Source: an uncultured Muribaculaceae bacterium (GTDB lineage Bacteria; Bacteroidota; Bacteroidia; Bacteroidales; UBA932). Taken from it: 64,000 bases of DNA. Where the stretch lies: contig CAYIYT010000002.1 in NCBI GenBank assembly GCA_964367735.1, positions 4,958 to 68,957 on the forward strand. The letters run 5' to 3'. Position 1 is the stretch's first letter. Every line of letters starts with the position of its first letter. The position numbers and the translations under genes are program-made. This document shows positions 30,968-42,066 of the stretch, in pieces. Below the pieces are notes generated by a model that was given only the letters and a program-made list of their open reading frames with translations, had not been told where the DNA came from and ran no database searches.

Positions 30968-31918
30968 ATGAAAGCAATAACCAGAACAGAATTTGACTTC
31001 CCAGGACAAAATAAAAAATACATAGGCAAGGTACGAGATGTCTATTTTATAGGAAATGATTATCTGGTAATGATTGCGACAGATAGAATATCGGCATTCG
31101 ATGTTGTCTTGCCAAAAGGGATCCCATTTAAAGGTCAAGTTCTAAATCAAATTGCTTCTCAATTTTTAGATGACACATCTCATATAGTGCCAAACTGGAA
31201 AATAGCCTCTCCAGACCCTCTTGTTACGGTTGGTCACAAATGCGACTCATTCCCCGTAGAGATGATTGTAAGAGCATATTTGACAGGCAGTTCTTGGAGG
31301 TCATATAAAGCAGGAGCAAGAGAGATATGCGGAGTGGTAATACCCGATGGTATGAAAGAGCACCAAAAATTTGATAACCCCATACTCACCCCTACCACTA
31401 AAGCAGAACAAGGCGAGCACGACATGGATATTTCAAGAGAAGAGATAATCGCGAAAGGGCTAGTGAACGAGGAGGAATACAAAAAATTAGAGGAGTACTC
31501 ACTTGCTCTTTTTGAAAAAGGGAGCGAAATAGCAGCAAAAAGAGGTTTAATACTAGTAGATACCAAATATGAATTTGGGAAAAAAGGAGATACTATTTAT
31601 CTTATAGACGAGATACACACCCCAGATTCTTCTAGGTATTTTTATGCCAATAGTTATCTAGATCTTTTTGAGAAAGGGTTGCCTCAAAAACAGCTCTCAA
31701 AAGAATTTGTTAGAGAGTGGCTTATGGAAAATGGGTTCCAAGGAAGAGAGGGAGAAAAAATTCCAGAGATGACTCCAGATGTAGTAAATTCTATATCTGA
31801 AAGGTACATAGAATTATTTGAGAAGATAACCGGTGACGAGTTCAAGAGAGCTAACTACGACAACGATATCTATGAAAGAATAGACGCAAATGTTAGAAAT
31901 ATGCTAGCCAGATTATGA
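30968..31918 (+). CDS. purC: SAICAR synthetase
   Basis: [40 protein letters not shown]. Confidence 0.97.
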   Translation: MKAITRTEFDFPGQNKKYIGKVRDVYFIGNDYLVMIATDRISAFDVVLPKGIPFKGQVLNQIASQFLDDTSHIVPNWKIASPDPLVTVGHKCDSFPVEMIVRAYLTGSSWRSYKAGAREICGVVIPDGMKEHQKFDNPILTPTTKAEQGEHDMDISREEIIAKGLVNEEEYKKLEEYSLALFEKGSEIAAKRGLILVDTKYEFGKKGDTIYLIDEIHTPDSSRYFYANSYLDLFEKGLPQKQLSKEFVREWLMENGFQGREGEKIPEMTPDVVNSISERYIELFEKITGDEFKRANYDNDIYERIDANVRNMLARL

Positions 31919-33648
31919 AGATTATTAACATAATATATATCTCTATTGCAATGATGCTTGCTCAAGCATGCTTTGCCCAAATTATTCCAACAAAAATTGA
32001 AGTTTCAGCTGAACAGGTAAATGTAAACGGAGTACTCTTCTACTTACACAAAGTAGAAGAAAAACAGACTCTATACTCTATTTCAAAAGCATATGAAACA
32101 GATGTTAAGACTATAATTAATGACAATCCCGATCTCTCTTCTGGACTTAAAAAAGGAACCTTAATATATATTAGGGTTGCAAACCAACCAAATAAGGAAC
32201 AAGCAAGTAAGGAAGAATCAATTAAAGACCATAAAACTGAGGATAAGCAAATTGGGAATAAACAAACTGCTATCATTACCAATACTCAAATACAGGCACA
32301 ACACATTGTTAAGTGGTATGAATCATTATCTTCTATAGCAAAGAAGTATGGTGTAACAGAAATAGAGATTGCACACGTAAACTCTTTGATAAATAACAAA
32401 ATAGAAACAAGACAACTTTTAAACATACCATTACCCGGAGTTTTTGACCCTTCTCAACTATCTCAAAAAGCAGACTCCTTAGCTAATCAAGTAGATTACG
32501 AAGGTAACTTAAGGGAAACAGAGACACATCAAAAACCAGAGCTATTTAAGAGAGGTAAATTCGATAATCTCACTGTATCTCTATTACTTCCTTTGGGTGG
32601 CTCATCAGATTCTATCAAGAACAAAGAGATTAGGAGTACAAATAATTTTATAGAATTTTACCAAGGGTTCCTTCTAGCCATAGAAGATATTAAAAAAGCA
32701 AATCCTGGAATAAAACTAAAAGTAAAAATTATTGATACCGATGAATATAGAAGCAGCAATCACATTGTTGAATCGGGCGCATTGAATATGAGTAATATAA
32801 TAATTGGTCCCATTTTTACAGAAAACATTGAGCCAATTTTAAAATACGCACAAAAAGAAGGGATTTACGTTGTCTCTCCAATGGATCCAGAAAGTGACCA
32901 TTTAGCCAATGAATATTCCAATTTTTATCAAGTAAGTACCCCTATCTCTTACCAACAAAGAGGTATACTTTCGGCAATTGATATTTTTTCTAATGTTACT
33001 CTTATATTTGAAGATACAGGAGCAGACCCTGGTGAATTTGTAAATATAACGCGAGAGATTTTGGAAGGGGCAAGGATACGTTATAACGCTATTTCCTACA
33101 CCATATTAAAAGGGAGGTCCATTTTACCAAGCATTGAGGATAAACTTAAGCAGGGCAGCGTAAACCATGTTATAGTAGCATCGAACTCCGAAGCTTTTGT
33201 ATCTGATGTGCTCCGGAATCTCAATTTGCTTAAATCTCGCAGAAACTATGAAATAGTTATATATGGAACTCCAAGATGGAGATCTTTTGAGACAATAGAA
33301 ATTGACTACTACCATGGAATGAACCTAAACATATCTATGCAATACTATGTAGACTACAACCGAGAGAGTATTAAAGATTTCCTTTCTAAGTTTAGGGCCC
33401 TTTATAATTCAGAGCCTTCACCATATGCTTTCCAAGCATACGACATTGCCAATTACTTCATTGGAGGTATGTGGAGAAATGGTAACGATTTTATTAATAA
33501 TACCCAAGATTACAAAAGGGAGATGCTCCATTCAGACTATAACTTTATAAGAAAAGAGGATAACGGAGGGTACATAAATACAGCAATAAGAAGAGTTATT
33601 TACAAACCCGACTACTCAACTTCCGATATAAGAGGTTTTTTCCGCTAA
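31915..33648 (+). CDS. LysM-domain protein with C-terminal periplasmic-binding-protein-like domain
   Basis: Two LysM motifs ([16 protein letters not shown]; [18 protein letters not shown]); LLLP..EFYQG..LA, IIGP, AYD. Confidence 0.85.
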   Translation: MKIINIIYISIAMMLAQACFAQIIPTKIEVSAEQVNVNGVLFYLHKVEEKQTLYSISKAYETDVKTIINDNPDLSSGLKKGTLIYIRVANQPNKEQASKEESIKDHKTEDKQIGNKQTAIITNTQIQAQHIVKWYESLSSIAKKYGVTEIEIAHVNSLINNKIETRQLLNIPLPGVFDPSQLSQKADSLANQVDYEGNLRETETHQKPELFKRGKFDNLTVSLLLPLGGSSDSIKNKEIRSTNNFIEFYQGFLLAIEDIKKANPGIKLKVKIIDTDEYRSSNHIVESGALNMSNIIIGPIFTENIEPILKYAQKEGIYVVSPMDPESDHLANEYSNFYQVSTPISYQQRGILSAIDIFSNVTLIFEDTGADPGEFVNITREILEGARIRYNAISYTILKGRSILPSIEDKLKQGSVNHVIVASNSEAFVSDVLRNLNLLKSRRNYEIVIYGTPRWRSFETIEIDYYHGMNLNISMQYYVDYNRESIKDFLSKFRALYNSEPSPYAFQAYDIANYFIGGMWRNGNDFINNTQDYKREMLHSDYNFIRKEDNGGYINTAIRRVIYKPDYSTSDIRGFFR

Positions 33649-35415
33649 CCACCTTTGTTGACTCTCGTTTAGCCAAGGCGAGAGTTTTACAAATATCATT
33701 TTATGATAATTGTTTAGCCATTCCAACTCTTGGTCAGTCAAAACAGAAATTTCAATTCCTGCTTTATCTATAGGGATTAATGTAAGTGTTTCAAAATTAT
33801 AAAACTCTCCAAAAGAGGTCTCTTTCCATTTATTACAAAGTAGAACGTTCTCTATTCTTATTCCATATCTATCTTGCTCGTAAATAGCAGGTTCATTTGA
33901 GGTAATCATACCTGGCTCAATAGCAACAGGATTTTCTTCCATTCTTATACTTTGAGGCCCTTCGTGTACACATAAGTTATGACCAACTCCATGACCAGTG
34001 CCATGCATATACATTTTACCTAAGCTAAAAATGGGACCCCTTGCCAAAATGTCTAAAGATGCACCTCTGGTACCTTTAGGAAACCTTGCTAATGAAAGGT
34101 TTATCATTCCTTTTAAAACCATTGTATAATCTAATTTTTGCTCATCGGAGAGTTTCCCAAATGCAAAAGTGCGAGTAGTGTCTGTTGTTCCATATGGATA
34201 GTGTGCTCCAGTATCTACAAGTAAGAAGTTATCTTTTCCTACACTAACTGGTTTTAATGCCGAGGGTGAATAGTGTGGCATTGCTCCATTTTTTCCGTAA
34301 GCGACAATAGGCGAAAAACTCTCTCCGCAATAATCGGAACAGTGAGAACGAAACTCAGCTATTTTTTCTGCCAACAAAAACTCAGTTAATTTCTCTGATT
34401 TATTAGAAAGATTCTCTTCAATAAAGATCCAAAACTTAACCCATGCAATTGCATCCATTAGCATTGCTTTTTTGAATCCCTCAATTTCTACACTATTTTT
34501 CACTGCTTTGAGTGCACCTATAACTCCTCCTGGTATATTGTCTGGAACAAAAGAGGCATCTCCTAAAAGTAGATTATTATAAACTTGAATAGAGATTTTA
34601 TCTGGAGAGGCTATGCGTATTAGGTTATCATCTATTTTTGCAACAAAATCAATAAATTTTTTATAATCATGAATTATGATATTATTATTGTGCAAGTGAT
34701 CCTTAACTGGTTGGTCTATACTATCTAGAGATACAAAAAGATGAGTTCCTAGAGAGCCAAATATTAAATATGAATAGAGTACCGGATTGAATGGAATATC
34801 ATTGCCTCTTATATTACAAAGCCAGGCAACATGATCACAAGAAGAGAGAATATATACATAGTTCTTATTTATACCAAGCAATCTATTAACCTCCTTAAGT
34901 TTACTCTCTGTAGATGCTCCAGACAATTGAGATGTAACAACTCTAGCTAACGAATTTAATATAGCTGGCCGGCTATCCCATATAGTTTTAAAGGGATCTT
35001 CACATAATTTAATCTGCAATGGAGCTAAGCTTATTTTATAATTATCAAATTCGGCTTTTGAGAATAACATTGAGTCTATTCCAACCACCGAGTGCACACC
35101 AGTAGCCATTTTAAGCCATTGGTCAATAGTTGGAGTACCTTCTGTTTTCATTTTCATAAGCTTAATATCTGTCCCCAAAAGTTGTTCTTTCGCCTGAACA
35201 AAATATCTAGAATCTGTCCATAAAGCAGCTTCACTTAAAGTTATAACTACAGTGGCTGCCGAACCATCAAAGCCCGAAATCCACTCCCTACAATTAAAGT
35301 GATCTTGAACATATTCACTAAAATGTGAATCGGTAGAAGGAATAATAAAAGCATCTAGTTCCTCTTTTCGAAGATAACTTCTTAATTTTTCAATCCTTTG
35401 TTTAATAATTTCCAT
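33616..35415 (-). CDS. Aminopeptidase P (M24B) family protein
   Basis: LWTDSRYF, DTGAHY..GTTDTTRT, HGTGHGVG..VHEGP, SNEP, GIRIEN; overlaps the convergent LysM gene by 33 bp. Confidence 0.95.
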   Translation of the reverse strand: MEIIKQRIEKLRSYLRKEELDAFIIPSTDSHFSEYVQDHFNCREWISGFDGSAATVVITLSEAALWTDSRYFVQAKEQLLGTDIKLMKMKTEGTPTIDQWLKMATGVHSVVGIDSMLFSKAEFDNYKISLAPLQIKLCEDPFKTIWDSRPAILNSLARVVTSQLSGASTESKLKEVNRLLGINKNYVYILSSCDHVAWLCNIRGNDIPFNPVLYSYLIFGSLGTHLFVSLDSIDQPVKDHLHNNNIIIHDYKKFIDFVAKIDDNLIRIASPDKISIQVYNNLLLGDASFVPDNIPGGVIGALKAVKNSVEIEGFKKAMLMDAIAWVKFWIFIEENLSNKSEKLTEFLLAEKIAEFRSHCSDYCGESFSPIVAYGKNGAMPHYSPSALKPVSVGKDNFLLVDTGAHYPYGTTDTTRTFAFGKLSDEQKLDYTMVLKGMINLSLARFPKGTRGASLDILARGPIFSLGKMYMHGTGHGVGHNLCVHEGPQSIRMEENPVAIEPGMITSNEPAIYEQDRYGIRIENVLLCNKWKETSFGEFYNFETLTLIPIDKAGIEISVLTDQELEWLNNYHKMIFVKLSPWLNESQQRWLAEKTSYIGS

Positions 35416-35436
35416 AATAATAAGATAAGCTCTGCA

Positions 35437-35485
35437 CAAATATAGAAATTAGAAGATGAAACAACAGAAAAAATCATTAAATTTG
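35437..35485. promoter_or_regulatory. Divergent -7 boxes for aminopeptidase P (minus, 35437-35444) and rubrerythrin (plus, 35478-35485)
   Basis: TATATTTG (minus) and TAAATTTG(C) (plus). Confidence 0.65.
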
Positions 35486-35513
35486 CCAATAATAACAGCT
35501 TAAATTAATTTTT

Positions 35514-36092
35514 ATGGAGAAAAGCATTAAAGGCACTAAAACAGAACAAAACTTGCTCAAGGCATTTGCAGGAGAATCTCAGGCAAGAGGCCGTTATGTC
35601 TATTTCGCTTCAGCCGCAAAAAAAGAGGGATACCAACAAATTGCTGCTGTTTTTGAAGAGACTGCCGAACAAGAGAAGGAACATGCCAAAAGATTTTTTA
35701 AATTTTTAGAAGGTGGAATGGTAGAAATTACTGCAAGCTACCCTGCAGGAATAATAGGTACAACTGCACAAAATTTAGCAGCTGCTGCAGCTGGTGAAAA
35801 TGAAGAGTGGACAGAACTATATCCTGAATTTGCACAAATTGCAAAGGACGAAGGTTTCCCACAAATAGCTACTGCATTTAAAATGATAGCCAAAGTAGAA
35901 GCAGAACATGAAGCTCGCTACCGCACTCTGCTTGCAAGAGTAGAGGCCGAAAAGGTATTTGAAAGAGACGAAGAGATTGAATGGCAATGTCGCAATTGTG
36001 GGTATATTCACAAAGGGAAAAAAGCATTGGAGACTTGCCCAGCATGTCTACATCCTAAAGATCATTTTGAACCAAAGAAAAACAATTACTAA
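35514..36092 (+). CDS. rbr: Rubrerythrin
   Basis: AFAGESQA, EKEHAKRF, EAEHE, C-terminal CRNCG...CPAC. Confidence 0.97.
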   Translation: MEKSIKGTKTEQNLLKAFAGESQARGRYVYFASAAKKEGYQQIAAVFEETAEQEKEHAKRFFKFLEGGMVEITASYPAGIIGTTAQNLAAAAAGENEEWTELYPEFAQIAKDEGFPQIATAFKMIAKVEAEHEARYRTLLARVEAEKVFERDEEIEWQCRNCGYIHKGKKALETCPACLHPKDHFEPKKNNY

Positions 36093-36132
36093 CAACCGTA
36101 ATTAAGATTATATTCGCAGATTATTTTAATCT

Positions 36133-37077
36133 ATGGAAAAATCTGCTGTAAATAGAGCAATAAGCTCAATAAAAGAAATATTGCCAAAGACACTTAAAAC
36201 ATGTCTTTGGCTTATTCGTATAACTACACTCATAACATTGGGTGTACTTTTTCTTGAGTATTTTGAAATACTCCCCTATCTATCAAGGTTTTTAAGTCCT
36301 GTATTCAATCTTATGGGGCTCCCAGGAGAGGCTGCCTTAGCCTATGTTACTGGCTATTTTGTAAATGTCTATTCTGCTATAGCAGTTATCTCTACATTAG
36401 ATTTAGATGCCCGTTCAATAACTATTTTATCTGTAATGGTTCTCTGTTCTCATAATATGATAACAGAGACTGCAGTACAAAAGAAAACAGGCTCTTCTGC
36501 TATAAGAATGGTGTTTATTAGAACGTTAAGTGCGTTTGTTCTTGGATTTGTTCTTAACCTAATAATGCCAGAAGCTCATGGAATTATTAATAGTGAAATA
36601 ATCCAAATAAAGTTAACACTACCAGAGATGCTACAAGTATGGTTTTACAAAACCCTGCATCTTATTGTTCTCATGACTGTTCTAATATTTACACTCTCTA
36701 TTTTACAAAGACTTTTAGCCGAATTTGGAGTTATTAAGTGGCTTTCTAAACTACTAAGTCCTATTCTTGCCGTTTTTGGATTGCCTGCAAAAACCTCGTT
36801 CTTATGGATAGTAGCCAATACATTAGGGCTCGCCTATGGAGCAGCTGTAATGATAGATGAAACCGAAAGTGGAAAAATAACAAAACAAGAAGTAGATCTA
36901 TTAAATCATCACATTGCAATATCGCACAGTAACTTAGAAGATGTAATTCTTCTTGCTTCTATTGGGGCAATAGTATGGTGGCTTTTGGCTGCCAGGTGGG
37001 TGTTTGCATTTCTCTTGGTTTGGGAGTTGAGAGTAGAGATAGCTATAAAGAAAAAATTTTTTAACTTTGCTGGTTGA
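36133..37077 (+). CDS. Nucleoside-recognition (Gate) domain membrane protein
   Basis: Multiple hydrophobic segments; LSPVFNLMGLPGEA, SHNMITE, SHSNLED in duplicated halves. Confidence 0.8.
   Translation: MEKSAVNRAISSIKEILPKTLKTCLWLIRITTLITLGVLFLEYFEILPYLSRFLSPVFNLMGLPGEAALAYVTGYFVNVYSAIAVISTLDLDARSITILSVMVLCSHNMITETAVQKKTGSSAIRMVFIRTLSAFVLGFVLNLIMPEAHGIINSEIIQIKLTLPEMLQVWFYKTLHLIVLMTVLIFTLSILQRLLAEFGVIKWLSKLLSPILAVFGLPAKTSFLWIVANTLGLAYGAAVMIDETESGKITKQEVDLLNHHIAISHSNLEDVILLASIGAIVWWLLAARWVFAFLLVWELRVEIAIKKKFFNFAG
37062..37069 (+). promoter_or_regulatory. Internal -7 box for the trxB-bamD-rpoZ-coaBC-recN run
   Basis: TAACTTTG(C) in the 3' end of the Gate gene. Confidence 0.6.
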
Positions 37078-37099
37078 AACAGTGTTTAAATCTAAAAAT

Positions 37100-38035
37100 A
37101 TGAACCCAGAAAAAATAAGATGTCTTATAATTGGTAGTGGCCCTGCTGGCTACACTGCTGCTATCTATGCTGCAAGAGCAAATTTATCTCCAGTTCTTTA
37201 CGAAGGTATTCAACCAGGAGGTCAATTAACAACAACTACAGAAATAGACAATTTCCCCGGTTACCCTCAAGGCATTACCGGCACAGAGATGATGGACCAA
37301 ATTAAAGAGCAAGCAGCTCGTTTTGGTACAGATGTTAGATCCGGGTTAGTAACTAAAGCCGATCTCTCTAAAAGGCCATTCAAAATTACTATAGACGAAG
37401 AAAAAGAGATAATTGCAGATACAATTATTATATCTACAGGAGCTACTGCTAAATATCTTGGCATGGAATCCGAAGAAAAATTCAAAGGACAAGGAGTCTC
37501 GGCATGTGCAACTTGCGATGGTTTCTTCTATAAAGGTAAAGATGTTGCTGTTGTAGGTGGTGGAGATACTGCTTGTGAAGAGGCTTCTTATCTTGCAGGC
37601 CTTTGTAATAAAGTTTATATGATAGTAAGAAGAGATGTTCTAAGAGCTTCGAAAGCAATGCAAGAGAGGGTTAAGAACACTCCAAACATAGAAATTTTGT
37701 GGCATTATAATACAAAAGAGATTACTGGTTCTCCAATGGGAGGCGTTAATGGTGCGATTCTTGTTCACAAAGATGGCAGTGAAAAGAGAATTGATGTTCA
37801 TGGTTTTTTTCTTGCAATAGGACATCACCCCAACTCCGAACTTTTCAGTGAATGGGTAAAAACTAATGAAGAAGGCTATATTTTAACAGAAGGAAAAAGC
37901 ACCAAAACAAATGTACCAGGTGTTTTTGCTGCCGGAGATGTACAGGACCCTCATTACAGACAAGCGGTTACAGCTGCAGGCTCAGGTTGTATGGCAGCAC
38001 TTGATACCGAGAGATTTCTTGGCGAAAATAAATAA
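37100..38035 (+). CDS. trxB: Thioredoxin-disulfide reductase
   Basis: GSGPAGYTAAIY, GVSACATCDG, VGGGDTA, GVFAAGD. Confidence 0.98.
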   Translation: MNPEKIRCLIIGSGPAGYTAAIYAARANLSPVLYEGIQPGGQLTTTTEIDNFPGYPQGITGTEMMDQIKEQAARFGTDVRSGLVTKADLSKRPFKITIDEEKEIIADTIIISTGATAKYLGMESEEKFKGQGVSACATCDGFFYKGKDVAVVGGGDTACEEASYLAGLCNKVYMIVRRDVLRASKAMQERVKNTPNIEILWHYNTKEITGSPMGGVNGAILVHKDGSEKRIDVHGFFLAIGHHPNSELFSEWVKTNEEGYILTEGKSTKTNVPGVFAAGDVQDPHYRQAVTAAGSGCMAALDTERFLGENK

Positions 38036-38041
38036 TAAAAA

Positions 38042-38839
38042 ATGAAATATATAAAAATTGCAGTTTTGTTTCTGGCTCTGGCATTCACAGCCTCATCATG
38101 CAAGTCACAGTACGATATGCTGCTTCAATCCAACGATGTAGACGAAGTTTACAAAGGTGCGTTCAGTTATTTTGAAGCAGGTAAATATCTAAAAGCAGCC
38201 GATCTTTTCGACAAACTGCTTCTCTCGGTGAGAGGTACTAGTAGAGACGATACTGTTCAATTTCATCTTGGGCTAAGCAATTACCGTTATGGCGATTATG
38301 TAATTGCCGAAGCTAACTTTAGCCAATTTGTAAGTGTTTTCCCACGCAGCGTGTTCACAGAAGAAGCTAAATATTTGCGAGTAGAGTGCCTTTATGGATC
38401 TACCTTCCGTTTCGACTTAGACCAACTTCCCACATACAAAGCGATGAGTTCAATAAGTCTATTTTTATATGAATATCCAGACAGTCCTCACCTTAGAAGA
38501 ATGAGGGATATGCTCGTAGACTTACAAGAAAGATTAGATCGTAAGAGCTTTGAAGCAGCTAAATTATATTACAAAATAGAAGATTACAAAGCGGCTGCAT
38601 ATGCACTTAAAGGAGTTCTTAAAGACAATGCCGATAATCAATACAGAGAAGAAGTGTTATATTATATTGTAGCAGCAAACTACAAGTATGCATCAAATAG
38701 TATCCCATCTAAACAGAGAGAAAGATATCTCTCTCTTATAGACGAATATTACAACTTCGTGAGTGAATTTCCTCTCTCTAAGTATAGGAAAGAGACCGAT
38801 CAAATGTTTGAACGTGCTCAACAAAATTTAAAAAAATAA
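38042..38839 (+). CDS. bamD: Outer membrane assembly lipoprotein BamD
   Basis: Lipobox ASSC, TPR-like repeats, LDQ..T..A, position upstream of rpoZ. Confidence 0.9.
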   Translation: MKYIKIAVLFLALAFTASSCKSQYDMLLQSNDVDEVYKGAFSYFEAGKYLKAADLFDKLLLSVRGTSRDDTVQFHLGLSNYRYGDYVIAEANFSQFVSVFPRSVFTEEAKYLRVECLYGSTFRFDLDQLPTYKAMSSISLFLYEYPDSPHLRRMRDMLVDLQERLDRKSFEAAKLYYKIEDYKAAAYALKGVLKDNADNQYREEVLYYIVAANYKYASNSIPSKQRERYLSLIDEYYNFVSEFPLSKYRKETDQMFERAQQNLKK

Positions 38840-38847
38840 AAACATAT

Positions 38848-39162
38848 ATGGAAATCAGCAAAAATATTCCTACAACAACGGTTACCAGAGATCTTTCGAA
38901 ACTGGCACAACCTACTGGCAATGTATACGAATCTGTAATGATTATTGCTAAAAGATCTAACCAAATAGCTGCCGAACTTAAGCAGGAACTCAAAGTAAAG
39001 CTAGAGGAGTTTTCTACTTTTGCCGATACTTTAGAAGAGACATACGAAAATAGAGAGCAAATAGAAATTTCTAGATATTACGAAAAATTACCTAAAGCCT
39101 CTCTAATAGCTATTAATGAATTTGAACAAGATCAAATACAAGTAAGAAAAATAGAAGACTAA
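38848..39162 (+). CDS. rpoZ: RNA polymerase omega subunit (Bacteroidetes type)
   Basis: TGNVYESV.IIAKRSNQI, ENREQIEISRYYEKLPK. Confidence 0.92.
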   Translation: MEISKNIPTTTVTRDLSKLAQPTGNVYESVMIIAKRSNQIAAELKQELKVKLEEFSTFADTLEETYENREQIEISRYYEKLPKASLIAINEFEQDQIQVRKIED

Positions 39163-40388
39163 TGCTTAAAGGCAAAAACATTCTAATTGGAATAACCGGC
39201 AGTATAGCAGCATATAAAGCTGCTATATTGGTTCGTTGTCTGGTTAAAGAAGGTGCCCAGGTAAAGATTATTATGACACAAATGGCCAAAGAGTTTATTA
39301 CTCCACTAACTATGGCTACTGTCTCTAAAAATCCTATCTTGGTAGAGTTCTACAACCCCGAAAACGGAGACTGGAATAGCCATATTTCACTTGGTATGTG
39401 GGCCGATATTTACTTAATTGCTCCAGCCACAGCAAATACAATAGCCAAAATGGCTACTGGTATTGCCGATAATTTATTACTTACAACCTATCTTAGTGCA
39501 AGATGCCCAGTAATAATTGCACCAGCTATGGATTTAGATATGTTTGAGCACACCGCTACTCAAACAAATTTAACTATCCTAAAAGAAAGAGGTGTAAAAA
39601 TTATTGAACCCTCTACGGGAGAGCTTGCTAGCGGTCTAGAAGGAAAGGGACGAATGGAAGAGCCCGAAAAAATCACAGAGATAGTTAAAGAGTTTTTTTT
39701 TGAAAATAAACTAGGATACTCTAAAAAGAGTACCCTTGCAGGAAAAAAAATCCTTATAACTGCAGGTCCAACAGTAGAACAGATAGATCCAGTTAGATTT
39801 ATCTCTAACCACTCAACAGGTAAAATGGGTTATGCCATTGCAAATGAATTTTCTAATAGAGGGGCTCATGTTACAATAGTGAGCGGCCCTGTCCAAAAAA
39901 TAGAAACAAATAGAAACATAAAAGTTATTCAGGTCAAAAGTGCTTTGGAAATGTACAATGCAACTCTAAGTGAATACGATACAAATCCAGATATAGTTGT
40001 TTTGGCAGCTGCAGTTAGTGACTATACTCCTGAAAAACAATCGTATATAAAATTAAAAAAAGAGGGCGATACACTTTCACTAAATCTAAAACCCACTACA
40101 GATATAGCTGCCTCGTTAGGTCAAGTCAAAAAGAAAGGGACTGTTCATATTGGGTTTGCTTTGGAAACTAATGATGAGGCAGAAAATGCCGGAAAAAAGC
40201 TTAAAAGTAAAAATCTAGATGCAATTGTACTTAACTCTCTAAAAGACAAAGGTGCTGGATTTGCATACGACACCAATAAAATTACAATTATAGATTCAAA
40301 AAACAACAGTTACCCATTTCCTCTTAAAGGCAAAAAGGAGGTTGCTTCAGACATTGTTGACTATGTGCAAAATATATTTGAATGCTAA
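39162..40388 (+). CDS. coaBC: Phosphopantothenoylcysteine decarboxylase/ligase
   Basis: GITGSIAAYK, APATANT, PAMD, TAGPT.E.IDPVRFISNHSTGKMG, GFALET. Confidence 0.97.
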   Translation: MLKGKNILIGITGSIAAYKAAILVRCLVKEGAQVKIIMTQMAKEFITPLTMATVSKNPILVEFYNPENGDWNSHISLGMWADIYLIAPATANTIAKMATGIADNLLLTTYLSARCPVIIAPAMDLDMFEHTATQTNLTILKERGVKIIEPSTGELASGLEGKGRMEEPEKITEIVKEFFFENKLGYSKKSTLAGKKILITAGPTVEQIDPVRFISNHSTGKMGYAIANEFSNRGAHVTIVSGPVQKIETNRNIKVIQVKSALEMYNATLSEYDTNPDIVVLAAAVSDYTPEKQSYIKLKKEGDTLSLNLKPTTDIAASLGQVKKKGTVHIGFALETNDEAENAGKKLKSKNLDAIVLNSLKDKGAGFAYDTNKITIIDSKNNSYPFPLKGKKEVASDIVDYVQNIFEC

Positions 40389-42043
40389 AATCGCTTTCGA
40401 TATCTAACTATGCTCTTATAGAGAAACTGGAGATTTCATTTCCAGATGGTCTCATCATTATAACAGGAGAAACAGGTGCGGGTAAATCAATTCTTTTAGG
40501 AGCTATATCTTTGCTCCTAGGTGCAAAAGCAAGTAAGGAAATCCTTAAAGATAGTGATCAAAACTGCGTTGTAGAGGCACTTTTCACAATTGAAAGCACC
40601 CCTGAAACCAATAGCCTATTCAATGAAAACTTAATGGAGCCCACTACAGAACTCTTAATTAGGCGCGTTATATCACCAACAGGCCGCACTAGATCATTTG
40701 TAAATGACCAACCTGTAAATGCACTATTTTTAAAAGATATCTCAGAAAAAATAATTGATATACATGCACAGCACGAACATTTATTAATTGGGAATAGCAA
40801 CTTTAGGCTACAAGTACTAGATTCATATGCCAAGAATAAAGCAATAAAAGAGATTTATAAGCTAGCATTTATTAGACAAAAAGAGCTTGAAGAAAAAAGA
40901 AGAGATTTAGAGGAAAAACTTGCTAAAGAAGAAGAGGAATTTGACTATAATAGTTTTAGGAACAAACAGCTAGAAGAGGCTGCTCTTGTTATAGGGGAGT
41001 TAGAAGAGATAGAAGAAGAACATAAGATATTGAGTAATGCCCAAGAGATAAAAGCTACTCTTTACCAGATAGTTCAATTGCTAAATCCAAACGAAACATC
41101 TATAGTTCAAACTCTTAGAGAAATTGAAACTTTATTAACGAAAATTTCTAGTTCAGTTCATGTTACAAGCCAAATGGCCCAAAGAGTTGAGTCTTGCCGA
41201 ATAGAACTAAAAGAGTTAGAAAGAGAGACCTCGGAACTTGCCGATACTATAAACTCCAATCCAAAGAAAGCTACAGTTCTAGAAGAGAGACTCTCTCTTT
41301 TATACGACCTATTTAATAAATACAAAGTATCCACAATAGAAGAACTTATTTCAATAAAAGAAGAATATTCTTCTAAACTTAACCTCACCGGAAATTACAG
41401 AGAAGAGTTAAAGCAAACAGAGAAAGAACTAATAGAAAGTTCTAAAGATCTATCTGAAAAAGCAAAAGCTCTTACAGAAACCAGAGAAAAAGCATCTAGT
41501 AGCTTTTCCATAGAGATGACTCAGAAAATTAAGGAGTTAGAAATGCCTTTTGCTCAATTTAATGCTCAAATAAAGGGTCACGATCAATATGATATAAATG
41601 GAAAAGAATCTATTGAATTTTTCTTCTCGGCAAACAAAGAGATAGCTACCCGTGAAATATCAAAAGTAGCTTCGGGTGGAGAACTCTCTAGAATAATGCT
41701 TTGTCTAAAAGCTATTATGGCAAGAGGAGCTCAAATGCCAACACTAATTTTTGACGAGATAGACAGTGGAGTTTCGGGAAGTATTGCAGATAAAATGGGA
41801 CTTCTTATTGGAGAGCTGTCCAATAATATGCAACTATTTGCTATAACTCATCTACCACAAATAGCCTCGAAAGGTGACTGTCACTTACTGGTATATAAAG
41901 AAGAGGGAGAGAGAGGTGCAGCATCTAGTAAAATTAGAAAAATTGAAGATCAAGAACGTATTATGGAGATTGCTCGTATGCTTAGTGGGTCTGAACTCAC
42001 TCCTGCTGCTATAGCAAATGCGAAAGTATTTCTTTCAAATTAA
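40382..42043 (+). CDS. recN: DNA repair protein RecN
   Basis: TGETGAGKS, ASGGELSR, FDEIDSGVSG, ITHLPQIA. Confidence 0.97.
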   Translation: MLKSLSISNYALIEKLEISFPDGLIIITGETGAGKSILLGAISLLLGAKASKEILKDSDQNCVVEALFTIESTPETNSLFNENLMEPTTELLIRRVISPTGRTRSFVNDQPVNALFLKDISEKIIDIHAQHEHLLIGNSNFRLQVLDSYAKNKAIKEIYKLAFIRQKELEEKRRDLEEKLAKEEEEFDYNSFRNKQLEEAALVIGELEEIEEEHKILSNAQEIKATLYQIVQLLNPNETSIVQTLREIETLLTKISSSVHVTSQMAQRVESCRIELKELERETSELADTINSNPKKATVLEERLSLLYDLFNKYKVSTIEELISIKEEYSSKLNLTGNYREELKQTEKELIESSKDLSEKAKALTETREKASSSFSIEMTQKIKELEMPFAQFNAQIKGHDQYDINGKESIEFFFSANKEIATREISKVASGGELSRIMLCLKAIMARGAQMPTLIFDEIDSGVSGSIADKMGLLIGELSNNMQLFAITHLPQIASKGDCHLLVYKEEGERGAASSKIRKIEDQERIMEIARMLSGSELTPAAIANAKVFLSN

Positions 42044-42066
42044 ACCTACCTTAAAACTAACTACAT

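Noticed and set aside
33616-33648. 33-bp convergent overlap of the LysM and aminopeptidase genes as an antisense system
   Set aside because: Short 3' overlaps are common in compact genomes (also nagB/DUF6051 and lptB/spy here), and nothing else supports regulation
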